Origin: an uncultured Actinomycetes bacterium
Lineage (GTDB): Bacteria; Actinomycetota; Thermoleophilia; Gaiellales; Gaiellaceae
DNA length: 64,000 nt
Direction of reading: 5' to 3'
Assembly (NCBI GenBank): GCA_963733155.1
Contig: CAVTCK010000017.1
Span: 9,590-73,589 of the forward strand
How positions within the stretch are numbered: position 1 is the first letter of the stretch; each line of letters opens with the position of its first letter. Of the stretch, positions 59,507 through 64,000 are shown in pieces. Below the pieces are notes generated by a model. It was given only the letters and a program-made list of their open reading frames with translations. It was not told where the DNA came from and did no database searches. The position numbers were made by a program, and so were the translations under genes.

Positions 59507-60392
59507 ATGAGTGCGCTCCAGACCCTGATCGACGCGGTCGCGCTCGGGTCGATCTACGCGCTCGTCGCCATGGGGATCGGCCTCGTCTTCGGCGTCATGC
59601 GGCTGATCAACTTCGCTCACGGGGAGCTGATCACTGCCGGGCGCCTACGCTCTCGCCCTCACGAACCACTTGCCGCTCGCGGTGAGCCTCGTCGCCTGCT
59701 TCGGCGTCGTGGTCGCGCTCGCGCTCGCGATGGACGTGACCTACCGGCCGCTGCGGACGACGACGCCGACCACGATGCTGGTGACGACGTTCGCCGTCTC
59801 GTTCCTCCTCCAGGCCGTGGCGCTCCTCGCGTTCGGCGCGCGGGGGAAAACGTCGGCGTGCTCCCCGAGCTGAACCGGGCCGTGTCGATCGGCGACCTTC
59901 GCATCCGGTGGGTGACGCTCGTCTCCATCGCGGTGGGCGGCGTGCTCCTCGGAGCGACGGCCGCCGTCCTGCTACGCGGACGGATATCGGGCTCCAGATG
60001 CGCGCGGCGGCGATGAACGCGCAAACGGCGCGGCTGCTCGGCGTGCGCGCCTCGACGGTCATCCGTTTCGCGTTCGTCCTTGCCGGGATCTCGTGGCCGC
60101 CTCGGCGACCGTCCTGCTCACGGTCCAGCGGCCCCTCGTCACACCGACCTACGGCTTCCAGCTCGTCATCCCGGCGCTCGTGGGGGTGGTGGTCGGGGGC
60201 ATGGACCGGCTCGTGAGCGCGACGCTCGGCGGCTTCGCGATCGGCTTCGCGGCCGCCGTGCTCGGCGACGTCCTCCCCGCCGACGGGCGCGTCTTCCTGG
60301 ACACCGCGCTCTTCCTGCTCGTCATCCTCGTCCTGCTCGCGCGCCCGAGCGGGCTCTTCACCCGCTCGCGCGCGGCCTGGGAGCGGCTGTGA
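59507..60392 (+). pseudogene. livH: LivH-like ABC permease, 4 frameshifts
   Basis: [45 protein letters not shown] / [13 protein letters not shown]...[25 protein letters not shown] / [18 protein letters not shown] / [19 protein letters not shown] / LLTVQRPLVTPTYGFQLVIPALVGVVVGGMD...LLARPSGLF. Confidence 0.8.
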
Positions 60393-61390
60393 GGCGCGTC
60401 GCCGAAGGATCGCAGCTACTCGCGCCGGTCCTGCTGCTGGCCCTCGTCGGGGTGGTCGGGAGCTTCACGTCGCGGTCGGTGCAGTTCCAGTTCCGCTTTG
60501 CGCTCGTGATGGCGACGATCGTGATCGCGCTCTACGTCTTCGTGGGGAACTCGGGGGTCGTCTCCTTCGGGCACATCAGCTTCGTGGCCGTCGGCGCCTT
60601 CGCAGCAGGCCTGACGACCGTGCCGGAGGCGCTCAAGCTCTCGCTCAGCCCCGATCTCTTCCCGGTCATCGCGAGCGCCGAGGTGGGGAACGCCGTCTCG
60701 CTTCTCCTCGCCGCAGCCGTAGGCGGCCTCTACGCCCTGCTCGTCGGCGGGCCGCTCATGCGGCTGTCCGGGCTCTCGCGCGGGCATCGCCACCTTCGCC
60801 GTGCTCGTGATTACGAACAACGTCCTCCGGAACTGGGAGGCGATCGGCCCGGGGGCCAGGACGCTCTCGCTGGTCCCGGAGACGACCGGCTTCCTCCAGG
60901 GGACGGTGGGTGTGATCGCGGTCGCCGTGCTGGCCTTCCTCTACCAGCGCAGCCGCTTCGGCCGGGTGCTGCGCGCCTCGAGCGAGGACACCGCCGCCGC
61001 CGAAGGAGCGGGAATCGACATCTACCGGCAGCGGTTGCTCGCCTTCGCGCTCTCGGCGCGCTGGCCGGATTCGCCGGCGGCCTGCTCGTCCACCTCCTCG
61101 GCAGCATCACGACGCAGCAGGTGTACCTCGACCTCACCTTCATCACCCTCGCCATGCTCGTGATCGGCGGCGTCCGCAGCCTCTGGGGGGCGGTCGTGGG
61201 CGCGCTGCTCGTGAGCGGCGTCAACTCCTTGCTGCTCACGGCCGAGAACGGGCTCGATTTTGGGGTGACCGAGCTCAACGTCCCCACGGGGACGCGCCTG
61301 GTTACGCTGGGCGTCGTCATGACGCTGATCCTCCTCTTCCGGCCGCGCGGCCTCACGGGTGGCCGCGAGGTGACGCTGAGGAGGTCGTGA
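60389..61390 (+). pseudogene. livM: LivM-like ABC permease with a compensating frameshift pair (about 60780 and 61060); the ORF stays open but about 93 codons are read out of frame
   Basis: Track ORF 60080-61390 is continuous. However, its middle (SRGHRHLRRARDYEQRPP...) is nonsense, while ORF 60801-61163 carries the real sequence (VITNNVLRNWEAIGPGARTLSLVPETTGF...RVLRASSEDTAAAEGAGIDIYRQRLLAFALS). Confidence 0.75.
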
Positions 61391-62310
61391 CGCGGGTTTG
61401 CGTCGTCGGGTGCGGGGCCGTCGGCTCCCTCTTCGCGGCGTCTCTCGCGCAGCTCGACGACGTCGAGGTCTGGGCGTACGACCTCGATGCCGAGCACGTC
61501 CGCGAGATCGGCGAACGCGGACTCCGCCTCTCGGGGGCCGGCGAGCTCGTCGGCAGGCTGCACGCGACGACCGACGCCTCGGGCCTGCCTCCCTGCGAGC
61601 TCGGAATCGTGGCGACGAAGAGCATGCACACGGACGCCGCCGTGGCAGCTGCCGCCCACGCTCTCGCGGAGGGCGCCGTCTGCTCCGTCCAGAACGGGCT
61701 CGGGAACGAGGAGGCGATCGCCGCCCACGTGCCCCGCGTGATCCGGGGCACGACCTTCCCGGCCGGCCACATTGTCGAGCCGGGCCACGTCCACTGGGAC
61801 GTCAAGGGCGACACGACGATCGGCCCCTTCGAGCCGAGCCCGGCCTCGATGGAGGAGGTCGAGCGGCTCGCGGACTCCTGCACACGGGCTGGGCTGCCGA
61901 CGGAGGCGGTCCCCGACGCGCGCGGCCCGCAGTGGCGGAAGGTCATCTTCAATGCGGCGACGAACCCGGTTGGAGCCCTCACGGGGCTGACGCACGGCCG
62001 GGTCTGCGAGGACGCCGGGCTGCGCCGGCTCGTCAGCGGCCTCGTGGACGAGGGCAAGGCCGTGGCTGCGGCGCAGAAGATCGTGCTCGACGCCGACCCC
62101 GAGGAGCTGATCGACTACGCCGCCCGTCCCGACGTCGCCTACGAGCACAAGGCGAGCATGCTCCAGGACGTCGAGGCTCGCCGGCAGACGGAGATCGACT
62201 ACCTGAACGGCGGCATCGCCCGCTTCGGCCGTGACCACGGCGTCGAGACTCCGCTGAACGAGGCGGTGACCGCGCTGATCAAGGGACTGGAGGCATCGTG
62301 GGAGCGATAA
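61387..62310 (+). CDS. Ketopantoate-reductase (PanE/ApbA) family oxidoreductase, second paralogue
   Basis: Intact 307 aa. VCVVGCGAVGSLFAASLA...GIVATKSMHT...SVQNGLGNEE...QWRKVIFNAATNPVGALTG...SMLQDVEARRQTEIDYLNG. GTGA overlap with the livM-like gene. Confidence 0.8.
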   Translation: MTRVCVVGCGAVGSLFAASLAQLDDVEVWAYDLDAEHVREIGERGLRLSGAGELVGRLHATTDASGLPPCELGIVATKSMHTDAAVAAAAHALAEGAVCSVQNGLGNEEAIAAHVPRVIRGTTFPAGHIVEPGHVHWDVKGDTTIGPFEPSPASMEEVERLADSCTRAGLPTEAVPDARGPQWRKVIFNAATNPVGALTGLTHGRVCEDAGLRRLVSGLVDEGKAVAAAQKIVLDADPEELIDYAARPDVAYEHKASMLQDVEARRQTEIDYLNGGIARFGRDHGVETPLNEAVTALIKGLEASWER

Positions 62311-63431
62311 GCGGCGAGGTCGAGCGGCGGTTCCGGAACGTCAGAGAGGCGCTCGTGCGGAACAACCTCGACGCCGCCGTCGTCGCGGGAAGCGAATACA
62401 CGGGCTTCGAGGGGGCGGTGACGTACCTGTCGGGGTTCGTGATCGTCCACCGCTACGCGTACGTGCTGCTCCCGCTCGACGGCGAGCCTACCGTCGTCTT
62501 CCCGGCCGAGGCCCGCTACGTGGGCGAGCACGGGACGACGTGGATCGAGGAGCAGGTCTTCGTCGAAACGCCCGGCGCGTGGCTCCGCGAGCGGGCGACC
62601 GAGCGCGGCTGGAACCGGCTCGGCGTCTACGGGCTCGACTACGTCATGCCCGTGCGCGACTACCGGGCGCTGGCGGACGGCGGGCCGGAGGTCGTCTCCT
62701 TCGACGTCGACTTCGACCTCGCGCGCGCGGTGAAGAGCGAGGAGGAGATCGCCTCGGTGCGCGAGAGCGTCCGGATCAACGCGGAGGGCTTCTGGATCTT
62801 CCTGGAGGAGTTCGCGGTCGGGAAGAGCGAGGCCGAGCTCCTGGCGCCCTGCGAGCGCTACTTCGTCGAGCAGGGGTGCGGGCGGCTGACGATGGACATG
62901 GTGCTCGTGGGCGAGGGCGGCGCCGCGGAGCCCGAGTTCCGCATCGCCAGCCCCGAGCGGCGCATTCGTGCGGGCGACCTCGTCCTGCCCTCGCTCGAGA
63001 TCGCGGGCCCCGGCGGGCACTGGGTCGAGGTCTCCCGCGCGATCGCCGACGGCGAGCCGGGAGACGAGGCCAGGCGCATGCTCGAGGCGTACGAGGAGTA
63101 CTTCGAGGTGGCCCGCACGGCCATGCGGCCCGGCGCCTCGGCACACGACGTGCACCGGGCCGTCGCACGGGGCTTCGCCGAGCGCGGCTACCAGCTCGGC
63201 CATGTCACCGGCCACTCGATCGGGATGACGATGATCGAGTTCCCGAAGATCGGCGAGGGCGTCGAGACGGAGCTCGCCGAGAACATGGTCTTCTCGATGC
63301 ATCCCCACGCGATCGCTTCCGACGGGAAGGCGTGCCTCTACATGCAGGACACGTGGCTCGTGACGTCCGAGGGCGGCGAGCCGCTCGCGGGCCTGCCCAT
63401 GCGGATCTTCCAGGGCGGCGAGTCGCGCTAA
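62298..63431 (+). CDS. M24-family metallopeptidase (creatinase/Xaa-Pro-peptidase-like), intact paralogue of 47661-48829
   Basis: VKSEEEIASVRESVRINAEGF...MDMVLVG...AGDLVLPSLEIAGPGGHWVEVSRA...GHVTGHSIGMTMIEFP...MVFSMHPH...MQDTWLVT. Confidence 0.8.
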   Translation: MGAISGEVERRFRNVREALVRNNLDAAVVAGSEYTGFEGAVTYLSGFVIVHRYAYVLLPLDGEPTVVFPAEARYVGEHGTTWIEEQVFVETPGAWLRERATERGWNRLGVYGLDYVMPVRDYRALADGGPEVVSFDVDFDLARAVKSEEEIASVRESVRINAEGFWIFLEEFAVGKSEAELLAPCERYFVEQGCGRLTMDMVLVGEGGAAEPEFRIASPERRIRAGDLVLPSLEIAGPGGHWVEVSRAIADGEPGDEARRMLEAYEEYFEVARTAMRPGASAHDVHRAVARGFAERGYQLGHVTGHSIGMTMIEFPKIGEGVETELAENMVFSMHPHAIASDGKACLYMQDTWLVTSEGGEPLAGLPMRIFQGGESR

Positions 63432-63437
63432 CGGGCT

Positions 63438-63920
63438 CTAGGACGCCTCGCAGTCGTCGTCGACGACCGCGGCGCCGGGGAGTCGCGAGAGCAGCGAGGA
63501 AAGCGTGGCGAGCTCCTCGTCGCTGAACCGCCCGACGAAGAGGGATTCGATGCCGGCGACGTGCGTCCGCGAGGCCTCGCGCAGCTTCTCCAAGCCCTCC
63601 GGCGTCAGCTTCGCCCAGACCACGCGGCGGTCTTCGGGGCAATTGAGACGCTCGACGAGCTCGGACTGCTCGAGACCTTCCAGGAGCCGGGTGATGCCCG
63701 ACGCCGTCAGCAGGACGCGGTCGGCCAGGTCGACGCGGCGCAGCCTTCGCTCGGGGGCCCGCGCGAGGTGCAGGAGCACCTCGTAGTCGTTGATCGTGAG
63801 CCCGTGCTCCGCTACGAGCTCGGCGGAGAGCTCGCGAGTCAGCGCCGCATGGGCGCGGAGAAACCGGATCCAGGCGTCGAGCCTGGAGGTGTCGGGAAGC
63901 GCCTGGGTGCTCACGGTCAT
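63438..63920 (-). CDS. MarR-family transcriptional regulator
   Basis: LTINDYEVLLHLARAPERRLRRVDLADRVLLTASGITRLLEGLEQSELVERLNCPEDRRVVWAKLTPEG. Confidence 0.85.
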   Translation of the reverse strand: MTVSTQALPDTSRLDAWIRFLRAHAALTRELSAELVAEHGLTINDYEVLLHLARAPERRLRRVDLADRVLLTASGITRLLEGLEQSELVERLNCPEDRRVVWAKLTPEGLEKLREASRTHVAGIESLFVGRFSDEELATLSSLLSRLPGAAVVDDDCEAS

Positions 63921-64000
63921 GGGATGACTGTAGTGATCTCGTCAGCGAGGGCGCGCCGGAGGATGTCCAGGAGCGCTTGCTGATCGGCCGCCGAGAGCGC
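63917..64000 (-). CDS. 3' end of a further gene (MarR-like C-terminus?), truncated by the window edge
   Basis: ALSAADQQALLDILRRALADEITTVIP-stop. Its TGA overlaps the ATG of the MarR gene (ATGA). Confidence 0.4.
   Translation of the reverse strand, partial: ALSAADQQALLDILRRALADEITTVIP

Overview
This is a very GC-rich chromosomal segment whose gene content looks Actinomycetota-like (MMPL transporter, ECF sigma factor, SpoIIE/STAS partner-switching parts, LLM-class oxidoreductases, many GTG starts). I recognise about 65 protein-coding loci, 4 tRNA genes (Asp, Val, Glu, Lys) and two decayed 3' copies of tRNA-Asp. There is no rRNA and no CRISPR array.

Layout:
- 1-28.9 kb holds envelope, regulatory and stress genes, plus two tRNA-associated islets carrying integrase and HNH remnants.
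- 29-39.8 kb is a minus-strand block of amino-acid-modifying enzymes, tryptophan 2,3-dioxygenase and a Liv-type ABC transporter.
- 40.0-63.4 kb is a single plus-strand catabolic/transport super-operon. It encodes a CoxMSL-like molybdenum hydroxylase, LLM oxidoreductases, M20 and M24 hydrolases, an FAH-family hydrolase, an HMGL-like enzyme, RidA, GntR, a flavin reductase, two PanE-like reductases and a second Liv transporter. Its genes are mostly joined by 4-nt ATGA/GTGA start/stop overlaps.

Two things stand out:
1. Two families of structured repeat elements sit exactly at intercistronic junctions. Family A is at 23127-23266 and 51731-51873. Family B is at 47437-47603 and 58616-58780. Each keeps an open reading frame whose ends overlap the flanking stop and start codons, and each shows compensatory base changes in its hairpins. 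This resembles MIRU elements.
2. Roughly half of the loci are broken by frameshifts (about 80 by my manual count), a few in-frame stop codons and one deletion fusion. The breaks are strongly clustered by region. This is either real gene decay or a regionally error-prone assembly.

All protein calls rest on motif recognition in the supplied translations. No database search was possible.
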